A stretch of DNA of 64,000 nucleotides from Leptospiraceae bacterium (lineage in GTDB: Bacteria; Spirochaetota; Leptospiria; Leptospirales; Leptospiraceae). How positions within the stretch are numbered: the first letter of the stretch is position 1; every line of letters begins with the position of its first letter. The position numbers and the translations under genes were made by a program. Of this stretch, positions 28,880-39,568 are shown in pieces. The DNA lies in contig JACKPC010000001.1 in assembly GCA_024233835.1 (NCBI GenBank), forward strand, positions 1,285,442-1,349,441, written 5' to 3'. The notes below the pieces were generated by a model. That model saw only the letters and a list, made by a program, of their open reading frames with translations, made no database searches and had not been told where the DNA came from.

Positions 28880-30730
28880 ATGAAGAAGACTTTAATTAAA
28901 CCCAGTGCGAGGATACACAGTGAATTTATGGTGAATCAGGAAGAGATTTTTATTTTCCCGGTTCCAAATTCCATCTATAAATTTCTCGAACAGGTATGGT
29001 CTTCTTTTGTAAATAAGATGGTGGCTCTTCGCCTATCTGATGAACAACCCATGTTTCATTATTCCATGTTTGAAGTCATTCAAAATACGGATACAAAAGT
29101 AGTTGCCTCTTCCACCTTTTTTAAACTAAGAGAAATTGCTGATAAAAAAGGCGACAAATCGGTAGAGGAGTTTAATTCCAAAGCCAAACCCACTCCTATT
29201 GGAGATGAGCTAAACATTACCACAAAGATCCTGCAAAAAGCTATCATTGATTTTACAGCCGGACACAGACCCGAAATAGAATTTCTCAATATCCGTGATG
29301 AGAAAATGCACGAAAACATGGAGTCTCTCAGAACTCCTACTATGAACTATGCAGTAGGTCTACCACTTTTTGTAAAAGATAATCCCATCGGTGTTCTCTG
29401 GGGAATTCGTAAAGATCCTCTCAATCACCTGCAAAGAAGAGAAGTTATACGACAATTAAGTTCTCTTTTTGAGGTAATTGAATTTGTTGTAGCAAAGGAG
29501 TTGGATGGAAATCAGGACGCCTATATGGCAAGAAAGAACATAGAAAAATCAGATTCGAATTCTATGTCCCGCTATCTGTTCTATACGAAGATTCCCCATC
29601 AACAGGAACCTGTTACCTCTATTATCTTTCGCTCACACAGCTATAAGAAAAATTACCGTCTCGATGCAAGTTTCATTGTTCCCACCACGAACGGCTACTC
29701 GGTCAGCTTAAAGCGCTTCATACCTGAAAAGCAGAATGATACCAATATAGTTCTTCTTATGATACCGGGTTTCTTCTGCCGGCGTTCTGTTATGGATAAG
29801 CTTGCAAGAGAGATGTGCCTTAGTTATGGATATAAAGTTTTTTCCATGGATATGAGGGGACGTTCGAGACAGACCCTTCCTCCCCACGGAATACGCGATG
29901 GTTGGACGGTAGATGATTATGTACAGGATGATTTCCCGGCTGTACTAAAATGGATAAAGGAACATCATCCGGATGATAGACTGGTAGTAGTCGGTCACAG
30001 TATGGGAGGCATGATTCCTCGCTTTTATACTTCAAGCTATAATATTATACGCCGTATCAAAAGAGATGCAACGCTTCCCGATCCGGAAAAGTATATCGAA
30101 GGAATCGTATCCATTACTTCCCCGAATTATATTACTCTCAAGTCTAACTTCATGGGTTTTGATACTCTTAAGAAAGGTGTGAATATGATTCCGCCTAATT
30201 TCTTACTTGATTTTCTTATAAATTTTACCACCACATCTGTGCACACTGCCTTTACAACAATCGACTTAAATAAGTTCTTTAAATTTCTCTTAAATATGCA
30301 TTCTTCCTTACGTCAGTTTTCCTTTACCATCGGAACCAAGGTTGTAAACATAAAAGACTTTGTGGGCTACAAACAGATCTCTCCTTCCGAGTGGTATTTT
30401 TTAATTGAAGATGTTTTTTGTGAAGAGTCTACCAAGGTTATCCTTCAGTTTATTCGTTCTCAGCTCAGCAGTGAGAAGGCTTTTCTTTCTTATGATGGTA
30501 GAATTAATTATACCGCTGAACAACGAAATTTTCGTCTTCCCCTGTATTCTGTAGTAGGAACGGTGGATGCCATTGTGCCGGCAGAAATTCTAGAAGAAGA
30601 CCTGCAATATTTTAATACAAAAAATAAGGTAACAGTAAAATACGAACAGGGGCACTTAGGAATCGTGTTTCACATGCCTACTGTGAAAAAAATCTGCAAA
30701 GGTGTGGACGAGTGGATCCGGGCTTTATAA
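28880..30730 (+). CDS. Two-domain protein: an uncharacterised N-terminal domain of about 250 aa fused to an alpha/beta-hydrolase (lipase/esterase-like) domain
   Basis: GxSxG nucleophile elbow VVVGHSMGGM. The C-terminal region is consistent with an alpha/beta fold. I do not recognise the N-terminal domain. Confidence 0.5.
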   Translation: MKKTLIKPSARIHSEFMVNQEEIFIFPVPNSIYKFLEQVWSSFVNKMVALRLSDEQPMFHYSMFEVIQNTDTKVVASSTFFKLREIADKKGDKSVEEFNSKAKPTPIGDELNITTKILQKAIIDFTAGHRPEIEFLNIRDEKMHENMESLRTPTMNYAVGLPLFVKDNPIGVLWGIRKDPLNHLQRREVIRQLSSLFEVIEFVVAKELDGNQDAYMARKNIEKSDSNSMSRYLFYTKIPHQQEPVTSIIFRSHSYKKNYRLDASFIVPTTNGYSVSLKRFIPEKQNDTNIVLLMIPGFFCRRSVMDKLAREMCLSYGYKVFSMDMRGRSRQTLPPHGIRDGWTVDDYVQDDFPAVLKWIKEHHPDDRLVVVGHSMGGMIPRFYTSSYNIIRRIKRDATLPDPEKYIEGIVSITSPNYITLKSNFMGFDTLKKGVNMIPPNFLLDFLINFTTTSVHTAFTTIDLNKFFKFLLNMHSSLRQFSFTIGTKVVNIKDFVGYKQISPSEWYFLIEDVFCEESTKVILQFIRSQLSSEKAFLSYDGRINYTAEQRNFRLPLYSVVGTVDAIVPAEILEEDLQYFNTKNKVTVKYEQGHLGIVFHMPTVKKICKGVDEWIRAL

Positions 30731-31404
30731 AAAAAGCCCGGGCTCTTTTAGTTCTCAGCCTTTCCGAAGAAGAACTTAAAATATTAAATACTTATAATTT
30801 AGAATCTGTTGATATACTTGAAGTGCGTTTTGACCTCTGTTCAACAGATTTTATCAAAAAAGAACTTACGAGTATATTAAAAAATATTAAAAAACCTCTT
30901 ATCTTTACCTATAGAGTTCCTGCTGATTCCAGCTTAGAGGGAAACCGGGATTTAAAACTGGAAGATGTTTTGTCTCTTTTAAAAGACAATGATAGTGAAA
31001 GGAATTATCTCGATCTGGAGCTGAATCTGAAAGAATCCTTCTTTGACGATTTCAAAGGGGAAAAGTATAGCTTTATTTATTCCTATCACAATTTTGAGAG
31101 AGCCATTACCCTGTCGGAAATGCAGACACTTCTCTCTGAAAGAGAAGCGATCCGGGGAAGAAGCATTGTATATAAGTTTGCAGTTAAAGCCAGGAACATT
31201 TCTGAGTTTTATGAATTCTTTTCGGGGGTAAAACAACTATCTCTCGAGAAAAAGATAGCCGCTATTTCAATGGGAGAACTGGGGATGATGGCAAGAATTT
31301 TTCCGGAAAAGTTTTCTTCTGTTTTCACCTACGCCTGCCTCGGTGAACCGAAAGCACCGGGACAGGTATCCATAGAACTATATCAGAAAATTAGAAAGTT
31401 CTAA
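30712..31404 (+). CDS. aroD: Type I 3-dehydroquinate dehydratase
   Basis: ILEVRFDL, SYHNFE, KFAVKA, AISMGELGMMARI align with the AroD catalytic Lys/His regions. Confidence 0.7.
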   Translation: MDPGFIKKARALLVLSLSEEELKILNTYNLESVDILEVRFDLCSTDFIKKELTSILKNIKKPLIFTYRVPADSSLEGNRDLKLEDVLSLLKDNDSERNYLDLELNLKESFFDDFKGEKYSFIYSYHNFERAITLSEMQTLLSEREAIRGRSIVYKFAVKARNISEFYEFFSGVKQLSLEKKIAAISMGELGMMARIFPEKFSSVFTYACLGEPKAPGQVSIELYQKIRKF

Positions 31405-32827
31405 AACTTAGAAAAGTAGGTTTACCCGCCTCTACCGTTTCTGTTACTGAAGGTGAATTGGATACAGTTGCTCCCATATTTCTCAGGCTAAACTGGTATG
31501 TCCCCGGCTCAATAAAGATTCGCTTTACCTGGAAATTAGAAGGTATTAACCTCCAACAACGCAAATCCGGTTTTATGGTAGTCGACATAGTGGCCGAAAC
31601 TACAAGCCCGGCAGCGAGACCCACCACTTCTCCGGCAAGCTCCAGACCGGCCATAGCAGCTCCGTCCCGCTTATTCTTTCCGCCTTTGCTTTTTGACATT
31701 TTAAACGCTTCTTTGGCTGCATAGGCAGTAGCAGCAGAGGCCACAAACTTGGTTGCAATAGAAGCCACATTCTTTGCTACAATTTCTGAATAATTTTCTT
31801 CGAAACTGGCTATAGCCGTTTCCGAGTAATTGTTTAGAACTGTAGTTTTACCGAGTGAGGTCCCATTTATATATACTTCTCCTTCTCTTGCAGAAGCCGT
31901 ATCTCTTGTTTCATATTTGGGAATCGGGTTTTCAGCCGTTGCAAACATGGCAGTCACTCCCCCGAGACTTAGACCCGTTCCTCCCATACGAAGGGAACCC
32001 TCTATGGCAGAACGCAACATGGGTCCGAAAACCTTATCTTCAAATAATCGTCCTCTCGAGACCTTCACCGCAGACTTACCGGCTTGATGTATTATGATTA
32101 CTTCCGCAAGCCCTTCTCTGTACGGAATGGGCTGCATACCGGCATCATAGGCTTCTATATAGTTTTGACCCTCCGCAAATTCCTTCTGATCGGCAAGGTC
32201 TTTCTCTTTAAGAGCCAGAATGTAACGGTCTCCTAATACTTTTTTATATTCCGGGTTTAATTGACTGATAAGCTTATATTGCACTCTGGCATCGTTATAT
32301 TTACCGAGGTATTCAGAAACAATTGCGTTTATATACCTTGCTAAAAGATTTTGTCTGTAACTGGCTGTTGAAAATTTCATCTCTTTTAGCTCATATTCGA
32401 CTTTTTTAAAGTATCTTTTGGAAGCCTCATGGTCTTTCAGCATCAACTTGTTTAATCCCAGATAAAACTTTATCAGAACTCTTTCGAAGTCTTCTCCCCG
32501 GAAATTTGCTTCTTCATCACTCATAACAAAAGATAGACCCTGTCGAAGTGCACTGACCTGTAAAGTATCCGCAATGGCTTCTGCCTGTTCAAAAACAATT
32601 ACGCTTTTTTCATAATCACCCTTGGTATGAAAAATGATTCCTGCTTCCATAAGATATAAAAGCCTGTCCTTGTTTTCCGAATCCTGCACAATTTCGCGTA
32701 TATCAGGTATCGCTTCTTCATAATTTCCCGAATAAAAAGCTGTTTCGGTCTTTGCAATCCTTTCCTGATAAGAAGCGGAACAGGAAACAAAAAGAGGTAG
32801 AACAAAAAGAGATAGAAAGATTTTCAA
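31391..32827 (-). CDS. TPR-like lipoprotein
   Basis: Lipoprotein signal LPLFVSCSAS. The N-terminal half is helical-repeat-like. Confidence 0.45.
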   Translation of the reverse strand: MKIFLSLFVLPLFVSCSASYQERIAKTETAFYSGNYEEAIPDIREIVQDSENKDRLLYLMEAGIIFHTKGDYEKSVIVFEQAEAIADTLQVSALRQGLSFVMSDEEANFRGEDFERVLIKFYLGLNKLMLKDHEASKRYFKKVEYELKEMKFSTASYRQNLLARYINAIVSEYLGKYNDARVQYKLISQLNPEYKKVLGDRYILALKEKDLADQKEFAEGQNYIEAYDAGMQPIPYREGLAEVIIIHQAGKSAVKVSRGRLFEDKVFGPMLRSAIEGSLRMGGTGLSLGGVTAMFATAENPIPKYETRDTASAREGEVYINGTSLGKTTVLNNYSETAIASFEENYSEIVAKNVASIATKFVASAATAYAAKEAFKMSKSKGGKNKRDGAAMAGLELAGEVVGLAAGLVVSATMSTTIKPDLRCWRLIPSNFQVKRIFIEPGTYQFSLRNMGATVSNSPSVTETVEAGKPTFLSFRTF

Positions 32828-32832
32828 AGTAT

Positions 32833-33402
32833 TTACCAGCCTACACCCGAATTGCTCCTGGCTTTTTTACGAAAGGCGACCTTATCTGACCAGGCTACAA
32901 GAGTGGTTTCTACACTTCGAAGCTCAACGTTTATCACCTGCTCTACGATTTTGTCACCATCCTGTCTAAAAACGGATTCATCTATCTGGGTTTTTATAAA
33001 ATAATTAGGAGATTTTAGTTCACCGGCTGAAAGATTTCCTCCTAATTCCTGATCTTGCTTTAGTTTTTCGAGTGCTTCTTTCAGATTTTCCGAACGAACT
33101 GTGTAAATCCCTTTGGCCAGTAAAGTATTTACAAGTGCATTATCAAAAATATCAGTAGGTATTTCTTCTGTAGTTTCATTTTTAGTGCGTAAGAGCTCTA
33201 CAAAAACCCCGGCTGCCGGTTTATTTTTCTTAAAATGTTTGGATATAGAAGAGGCTAATTTGACAGCAGCCTCCTCCATTTCAAGTCTGGTTAGGCTTCC
33301 GCTATCGGCTACCAGGTCTTTCTTTTCATTTAAGCGCTTTGCTCCTGAACTACAGGAAACAATAAGACTGAAGAGTAAAAAAAGTAAGGATAGATATTTC
33401 AT
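32833..33402 (-). CDS. Small lipoprotein, LpoB-like (COG3417 family)
   Basis: Lipobox LIVSCSSG. The segment VFVELLRTKNETTEEIPTDIFDNALVNTLLAKGIYTVRSE...VINVELRSVETTLVAWSDK follows the E. coli LpoB pattern LLVDSVNNRTNGSLNAAEATETLRNALANNGKFTLVS...LQMQLMLVQTGEIIWSGK. Confidence 0.4.
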   Translation of the reverse strand: MKYLSLLFLLFSLIVSCSSGAKRLNEKKDLVADSGSLTRLEMEEAAVKLASSISKHFKKNKPAAGVFVELLRTKNETTEEIPTDIFDNALVNTLLAKGIYTVRSENLKEALEKLKQDQELGGNLSAGELKSPNYFIKTQIDESVFRQDGDKIVEQVINVELRSVETTLVAWSDKVAFRKKARSNSGVGW

Positions 33403-33517
33403 TCCGATTTTCCTTTTATCTATATTAGTTGCAGTATATTTCTAAATTACCGATTTTTTCAAACAGGTTTCAAGAAAAAATCTTGTCTTTTCAGAAAAAT
33501 ACTTCTTGTATGGGTGA

Positions 33518-34303
33518 ATGGAAACTTTAAGAATTGCCGCTGTTCAACCCGACATTCTCTGGGAAAAACCGGATGAAAACCTGGGGAGAATGGAAAAACT
33601 TCTGAACGAATTACAAGACGTCGACATGATCCTTTTCCCGGAAACCTTTCTTAGTGGTTATACTATGAATAGTCGCAGGCTGGCAGAACCCCGCGGAGCC
33701 AGGGCGGAGACTTTCTTAAAAAAGCTGGCAGAAGCAAAAAAGGCTGCTGTAGGAGGTGGTTGGATACAGGAAAATGGAGAAAAGGCCCCTTTAAATACCT
33801 TTTCCTTTTTTTTTCCGAATGGAGAAGTCAAGCATTACCTGAAAAACCATCCTTTTTCTTTTGTAGGCGAAGAAAAGTTTTATACAGCCGGAGAAGAGCT
33901 TTGCTGTTTTGACTATAAAGGTTTTTCTCTCAGTCTGCTGATTTGCTACGACCTGCGGTTTCCGGAAATTTTCCGAAGAAGTGCGGGACAAACGGATCTG
34001 TACCTTTTAATTGCCAACTGGCCGGATGAAAGAATTGAACACTGGGATACACTTTTAAAAGCGAGGGCTATAGAAAACCAGGCTTTTGTGCTCGGAGTAA
34101 ACCGGGTAGGAAATACCGGCAAGCGCAATGTAAAAAATTTTCCGGGACATACCTCTCTATATGATCCCTTCGGAAAAAATTTGATACAGGATACCGGCAG
34201 AGAGGAAATTTTTATCGTTGAAATCTCCAAAGAAACTCTTCAATTCTATCGGAACAAGTTTCCCTTCTTAAAAGATAGAAAGCCCGTGCATAATCCCTGG
34301 TGA
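33518..34303 (+). CDS. Carbon-nitrogen hydrolase (nitrilase superfamily) amidohydrolase
   Basis: ILFPETF (catalytic Glu), catalytic Cys region LLICYDLRFPE, and NRVG. Confidence 0.8.
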   Translation: METLRIAAVQPDILWEKPDENLGRMEKLLNELQDVDMILFPETFLSGYTMNSRRLAEPRGARAETFLKKLAEAKKAAVGGGWIQENGEKAPLNTFSFFFPNGEVKHYLKNHPFSFVGEEKFYTAGEELCCFDYKGFSLSLLICYDLRFPEIFRRSAGQTDLYLLIANWPDERIEHWDTLLKARAIENQAFVLGVNRVGNTGKRNVKNFPGHTSLYDPFGKNLIQDTGREEIFIVEISKETLQFYRNKFPFLKDRKPVHNPW

Positions 34304-34313
34304 ACCAAATGTT

Positions 34314-35291
34314 TTATGATGCTTTTCGATAATATCCATCTCCCAGGTTTTGAAGTTTCCCCTGCATTTCTTTTTGAACTACAGAAGCCAACTCGGAAGG
34401 TATCCGACAGTATTCTTCTCCGACTAAATCACTGATATGTAAAATTTGCTCAGAACCACTTCCTATATTTTCAATCTGAACCCGATTGGCTCCCTCTGAA
34501 AGTAGCTTTTCTCCTCCTGCATTGTTCTTTTGTTCCGGATGAGTAAAAATGTATATATCACGATTTTGAGATAATGCATGGTAAGCAGAGGAAATAGCTC
34601 CACTCTTAGCCGGGGCTTCCATAATATAAACCGAAGAACAGAGCCCTGTAATGATGCGGTTTCTTCTCGGAAAAGACCAGCGGTTTGTATTTTCTCCGTA
34701 GAACATTTCACTGATGAGCAAGGAAGAATTACTCTTATTCATCTTTTCATACAGATCGCGATTGGAGGATGGATATTCCTTATCCAGACCCGTTCCGAGA
34801 ACTCCTATTACGGGCATGTCCCCTTCGAGAGCTGCCAACATAGACGCTCTATCTATGCCGGAGGCCATCCCGGAAACAAGACCCTCAAAACCTTTCGTCC
34901 TGAGGTAAGAAGGCAGGAAATGACAGGCGAGTCTGGATATATGGGAAGGTTTACGGGTTCCTACAATTGCTACATAGTTTTTCAGGAATAAGTCTTTATT
35001 TCCTTTGTAAAATAAAACAATAGGAGGGTCGTAAATCTCTTTTAAAAGAGGAGGATAAGACGTATCATAGTAATCTATAAAAGATAAATTTAGGGCCTTA
35101 CACTTTTCGTAGACTTCACTTGCAATTTGTAAGTATTTTTCTCTTTTGATTTTTTGCAAGCGGGATAGGGCCAGTTCTGCCAGTTCTTCAATTGACCGGG
35201 CAATTAAATGTAGATTTTGTTTGTAAACTACTTCGTATATTCCATAAAAAGAATATATTAAGGGGTAAAGATTTTGCATATTTGTTTTCAT
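34314..35291 (-). CDS. dprA: DNA processing protein DprA/Smf
   Basis: VAIVGTRKPS...GLVSGMASGID...VIGVLGTGLDKEYP...SGAISSAYHAL. Confidence 0.8.
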   Translation of the reverse strand: MKTNMQNLYPLIYSFYGIYEVVYKQNLHLIARSIEELAELALSRLQKIKREKYLQIASEVYEKCKALNLSFIDYYDTSYPPLLKEIYDPPIVLFYKGNKDLFLKNYVAIVGTRKPSHISRLACHFLPSYLRTKGFEGLVSGMASGIDRASMLAALEGDMPVIGVLGTGLDKEYPSSNRDLYEKMNKSNSSLLISEMFYGENTNRWSFPRRNRIITGLCSSVYIMEAPAKSGAISSAYHALSQNRDIYIFTHPEQKNNAGGEKLLSEGANRVQIENIGSGSEQILHISDLVGEEYCRIPSELASVVQKEMQGKLQNLGDGYYRKAS

Positions 35292-36163
35292 TTCATTCCT
35301 TCTCTTTCTTTTATTTGGTCGAGATTTTTTAATACATTTTTATAAGACTCATATTCTTCTAACTTACCTTTGATTACCTTTCGACCGTGTAATTCTTCAA
35401 TCAGGGTTTTAATTTGCATATACTCATTTCTGGCTTCCGAAACCCTATTTAACTTATATAAGAAATTTGCCCTGGCAAATCTTGTCGGTAAATTTGCCGG
35501 TTGCTTTTTTAGAATTCCATCAAGGAGAAATATGGCTTTTTGAGGTCTATCCGAGTAAGCTTCTCCTAAAACCTGCCTGCCGGTAGATGAGCCGAAGTAA
35601 ATCAGGGCTAACTCGAATGGATAACGGTTATCTTCAGGACTTTTTACCAGTAAAGATTCAAAAATTTGAATAGCCACTTCGGTTCGCTTGGGTTCCCAAC
35701 CCATGTCTCTCGCTGCATTTGCATAGGCAAGGCCCGCCTCATATAAAAGCTGTTCGTTCAGGGATTTATAGAGCAAAGTTTTGTCCCAGTAGGCTAAAGA
35801 GGTTTCGTATTTATGAATTAAGCTTTCCTGCGTGTCTTTTTTAGCGACATCTTCTTTGAGAGACTGGGTGTAATAAATACTTCCCATTTCGTAATTCCCC
35901 ATTCGCATATAGGCCCTGGCAATCCTCCAGGAGAGACTTCCGGCTTTGTTTGTTTTCTTTATCAGTTTGTGGATTTCTCTATCGAGGAGTTTTATTTCCC
36001 CTTCGGTCATGTTCAGACGTTCTTTCCACTCTTCTATATCTTTCTCTGTTATTTTCTTGGGTTGAAGTTTTCGTAAGGTACGTTTTCTTCCCCAATCCTG
36101 TAAGCGTTCACAGGACAGAAGGCTAAACAAAAGGATGAGGTTTATAATAAATTTCATGAACAT
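35288..36163 (-). CDS. TPR-repeat lipoprotein
   Basis: Signal with lipobox LFSLLSC. TPR-like AYxxxG/Y patterns are present. Confidence 0.45.
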   Translation of the reverse strand: MFMKFIINLILLFSLLSCERLQDWGRKRTLRKLQPKKITEKDIEEWKERLNMTEGEIKLLDREIHKLIKKTNKAGSLSWRIARAYMRMGNYEMGSIYYTQSLKEDVAKKDTQESLIHKYETSLAYWDKTLLYKSLNEQLLYEAGLAYANAARDMGWEPKRTEVAIQIFESLLVKSPEDNRYPFELALIYFGSSTGRQVLGEAYSDRPQKAIFLLDGILKKQPANLPTRFARANFLYKLNRVSEARNEYMQIKTLIEELHGRKVIKGKLEEYESYKNVLKNLDQIKEREGMK

Positions 36164-36373
36164 AAACTCCCGAAGAAATCTGTATGGATTATCTTTTCAC
36201 CATTCTTTTTTAAGCGAATAAAAATTGAAGTGGAATTCTCTTTCCCTTTTTTAAGAGTTTCTTCAAAACCGGATAAAAGGGATAATTCATGGAATTTTTT
36301 TTCTTTCATACCCGGATAAAAACTCTTTCAAAAACTTCTGGACAGGCATTGACTATCCAAAGAAATAAACTCT

Positions 36374-38344
36374 ATGAAAAGTCTATGGAATGATGACGAT
36401 GCCAAAAATTTTAAGGGAGACCTGGGTTTACGAGTTTATACAACCCGACTCTTAGGGGCGGACGATACCCTTGTTTTACACGGAGGAGGAAATACTTCCG
36501 TCAAAATAAAAGAGAAAAATCTTTTTTCCGAAGAAGAAGAGATTCTTTATGTAAAAGGAAGCGGCTGGGATCTGGCAAGTATCGAAGAAGCCGGTTTTTC
36601 ACCGGTCAGCTTGCAGCATTTAATACGACTTGCCGGACTTTCGGAATTATCCGATCCGGAAATGGTCAACGAAATGAAAACCCACATGACCCGCGCTTCT
36701 GCTCCTTCCCCTTCGGTAGAAGCTATCCTGCACGCCATCCTTCCTTTTAAGTACGTGGACCATACCCATGCCGATGCAGTAGTAAGTATTACCAATACAG
36801 AGAATGGAAAAGAAAAAATACAGGATATATATGGTGATTCTGTTGTTATTATTCCCTATATTATGCCCGGCTTTGACCTTGCAAGGCTTTGTAACGAACT
36901 TTACCGGAAAGAAAGTAAAAGTTCTACTATAGGAATGATACTTCTTAATCACGGAGTATTTAGCTTTGGAGATACAGCAAAAGAATCTTATGAAAGGATG
37001 ATTCACCTGGTTTCTCTGGCAGAGAGTTATTTGCAATCTAAAAATGCATACTACCTGAGTTCTTCCAATAATTATGAAAAGAAATTCATAGGACTCGAAT
37101 TGGCCTCTTTGCGTAAAAAAGTATCCGAAACCGCGGGTTCTGCCATGATTCTTTATTCCGATAGATCTGATAGATGTTTGAATTTTACGAATAGACCGGA
37201 CTTGCAAAAAATCGCTACACAGGGACCTGCAACCCCGGATCATGTTATCCGCACGAAGCGTATTCCTCTTATCGGAAGAGATGTGGATTCATTTGTAAAG
37301 AATTATAAAACCTATTTTGAAACGAATGAGCCCCATGCAAAAGAAAGAAAAACCATGCTGGATCCATCTCCCCGTGTCATTCTTGACTCGGAATTAGGTC
37401 TCTGCACCGCAGGACAGAATGCAAAAGCAGCTTTTATAGCAGCCGATATCTACCGGCATACTATGGATATAATCGAACGTTCTGAATTATTAGGAGCTTA
37501 TAAAGCCTTATCCGAAAAAGATATTTTTGACATGGAATACTGGGATCTGGAGCAGGCCAAGTTACGTTCCGGAATAATTCCCCCTATTTTTTCCGGAGAA
37601 GTAGTTTTAATTACAGGATCTGCTTCCGGCATCGGAAAAGCCTGTATAGATTCTTTTTTAAAAAGAGGTGCAGCTGTAATCGGACTCGATCTGCAAGCAA
37701 GCGTGGAGACCCTGTATAAAAGACCTGAGTACATCGGGATAGCCTGCGACCTTACAGAAGAAGAACAATTTAAGAAAGCTCTACAAAAGGGAGTGGAACG
37801 ATTTGGTGGCATTGATATGCTTGTATTAAATGCAGGAATATTTCCGAAAAGTTCAAGAATTGAAACCTTAAGTACCGCTGATTGGAAAAAAACTATGAGC
37901 ATAAATTTAGATGCCAACCTCAGTATTCTTCGAGAAACCTATCCCTTCCTGAAACTTTCTTACAGGGGAGGAAGAGTCGCAATAGTGGGTTCTAAAAACG
38001 TTCCGGCTCCGGGACCCGGGGCTGCTGCCTATTCGGTATCCAAAGCAGCTCTGAATCAACTCATGCGGGTAACTGCTCTCGAATGGGGACAGGATAATAT
38101 ACGGATCAATTCGGTTCATCCCAATTCTGTTTTTGATACGGGCATCTGGACGGATGAAGTCCTAAAAGCGAGAGCCGAGCAATATGGTTTAAGCGTGGAA
38201 GAATATAAGAAAAATAATATATTAAAAACTGAAATAAAAAGTAAAGATGTGGCAGAGTTACTGGCAGAGCTTTGCGGCCCTACTTTTTCTAAAACTACCG
38301 CGGCCCAGATTCCTATAGACGGAGGGAATGATAGGGTTTTATAG
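36374..38344 (+). CDS. Bifunctional class II aldolase/adducin-domain plus short-chain dehydrogenase/reductase fusion (rhamnulose-1-phosphate aldolase/alcohol dehydrogenase-like)
   Basis: N-terminal aldolase_II-like region (about 220 aa). C-terminal SDR region with TGSASGIGKAC, NAG and YSVSKAA (YxxxK). Confidence 0.8.
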   Translation: MKSLWNDDDAKNFKGDLGLRVYTTRLLGADDTLVLHGGGNTSVKIKEKNLFSEEEEILYVKGSGWDLASIEEAGFSPVSLQHLIRLAGLSELSDPEMVNEMKTHMTRASAPSPSVEAILHAILPFKYVDHTHADAVVSITNTENGKEKIQDIYGDSVVIIPYIMPGFDLARLCNELYRKESKSSTIGMILLNHGVFSFGDTAKESYERMIHLVSLAESYLQSKNAYYLSSSNNYEKKFIGLELASLRKKVSETAGSAMILYSDRSDRCLNFTNRPDLQKIATQGPATPDHVIRTKRIPLIGRDVDSFVKNYKTYFETNEPHAKERKTMLDPSPRVILDSELGLCTAGQNAKAAFIAADIYRHTMDIIERSELLGAYKALSEKDIFDMEYWDLEQAKLRSGIIPPIFSGEVVLITGSASGIGKACIDSFLKRGAAVIGLDLQASVETLYKRPEYIGIACDLTEEEQFKKALQKGVERFGGIDMLVLNAGIFPKSSRIETLSTADWKKTMSINLDANLSILRETYPFLKLSYRGGRVAIVGSKNVPAPGPGAAAYSVSKAALNQLMRVTALEWGQDNIRINSVHPNSVFDTGIWTDEVLKARAEQYGLSVEEYKKNNILKTEIKSKDVAELLAELCGPTFSKTTAAQIPIDGGNDRVL

Positions 38345-38401
38345 ATTTGAAAGAAGCCGAGGATACAAGAATATCTCTTGACATAGGATAAGAAAAGAAA
38401 A

Positions 38402-39568
38402 ATGTTTCTTATTAAATTGAAGACACATCCTTTCTTTTCTCTCGGCTTTCGTTCTATGTTTTTTTTCGCTGCCCTTTCTGCGTTTATTATGCCGGCTCTC
38501 TGGGTTTCCTTTTATACCGGGAAAACAGCCTTCCCCGGTGGAATCTTTTCACCTATGGACTGGCACGGTTTCGAGATGTATTCGGGTTTCGCTTCTGCCC
38601 TGGTGGCAGGCTTTTTGCTTACGGCTTCTGCTAATTGGTCGGGCAGTCCTGCCGTATCAGGTTATCCTCTTTTCTTTCTCAGCCTGTTCTGGCTTTTAGA
38701 AAGGATTATCTTTTTGATACCTCATCTACCGTATCCTGTTTATGTAATTTCTTCTCTGCCTTTTCCTCTCTTATTTTTAGTTATATTAACGATTCAATTA
38801 AAAACAAACACGAAAAATCGTAACATTTTTCTTCCCTGGCTTATCCTCTTCTTTTTTGCCAAGTTTTTATATATATATTCCGGAATATATAAAGATGCTT
38901 TCAGACTCTTATTTGCGAAAGAGCTATTTGTATCTTCTCTCCGAATTATTATTGTTGTGATTACAGGAAGAATTATTCCCTTTTTCATGGAAAAACGAAT
39001 TGGCTTTCGTCCTAAGGTTCCGCTCTTACTTGAATATGGAAGCATCATTTCCGTTTCTTTTCTTATCTTTGCAAATATAACAGTGCTTCCGGCTTTTACA
39101 GAAGCAATTTTATATTTATTCGCTGTACTTATGAACTCTATAAGATTTTTCTACTGGAGACCTTTGAAGACCATTAAAGTTCCGATTCTTCTAATCTTAC
39201 ATATTGGTTATTTATGGCTTATCTTACACCTTCTTTTAAGTTTTTATGGAAAAGCTTTTCAAAATCCGGGTCCGGTTACTCTGCATTTTTTTTCTACAGG
39301 AGCTCTCGGTACTTTTGCCATAGGAATGATGACGAGAGTTGCTCTCGGTCACAGCGGCCGCATTATACACGCGGATAAATGGATTCTGTTTATGTATGCC
39401 TGCGTGCAAATTGGAGCTATACTCAGAACTATCATTCCTCTTTTCTTTAACGAAATCTATTTTAAGAGTTTACACTATTCGAGTGGTTTCTGGACTCTTG
39501 CTTTTATGATTTACTTGATTCGCTTTACACCCATTCTTTATAAGAAACGAATGGATGCAGAATCATGA
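38402..39568 (+). CDS. nnrS: NnrS-family membrane protein (haem-copper protein linked to NO response)
   Basis: About 12 TM helices, conserved His-containing helices, and the C-terminal RVALGHSGR motif typical of NnrS. Confidence 0.55.
   Translation: MFLIKLKTHPFFSLGFRSMFFFAALSAFIMPALWVSFYTGKTAFPGGIFSPMDWHGFEMYSGFASALVAGFLLTASANWSGSPAVSGYPLFFLSLFWLLERIIFLIPHLPYPVYVISSLPFPLLFLVILTIQLKTNTKNRNIFLPWLILFFFAKFLYIYSGIYKDAFRLLFAKELFVSSLRIIIVVITGRIIPFFMEKRIGFRPKVPLLLEYGSIISVSFLIFANITVLPAFTEAILYLFAVLMNSIRFFYWRPLKTIKVPILLILHIGYLWLILHLLLSFYGKAFQNPGPVTLHFFSTGALGTFAIGMMTRVALGHSGRIIHADKWILFMYACVQIGAILRTIIPLFFNEIYFKSLHYSSGFWTLAFMIYLIRFTPILYKKRMDAES

Noticed and set aside
36647-37243. 198-aa minus-strand ORF
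   Set aside because: It is antisense to the well-supported aldolase-SDR fusion gene and has no motifs.
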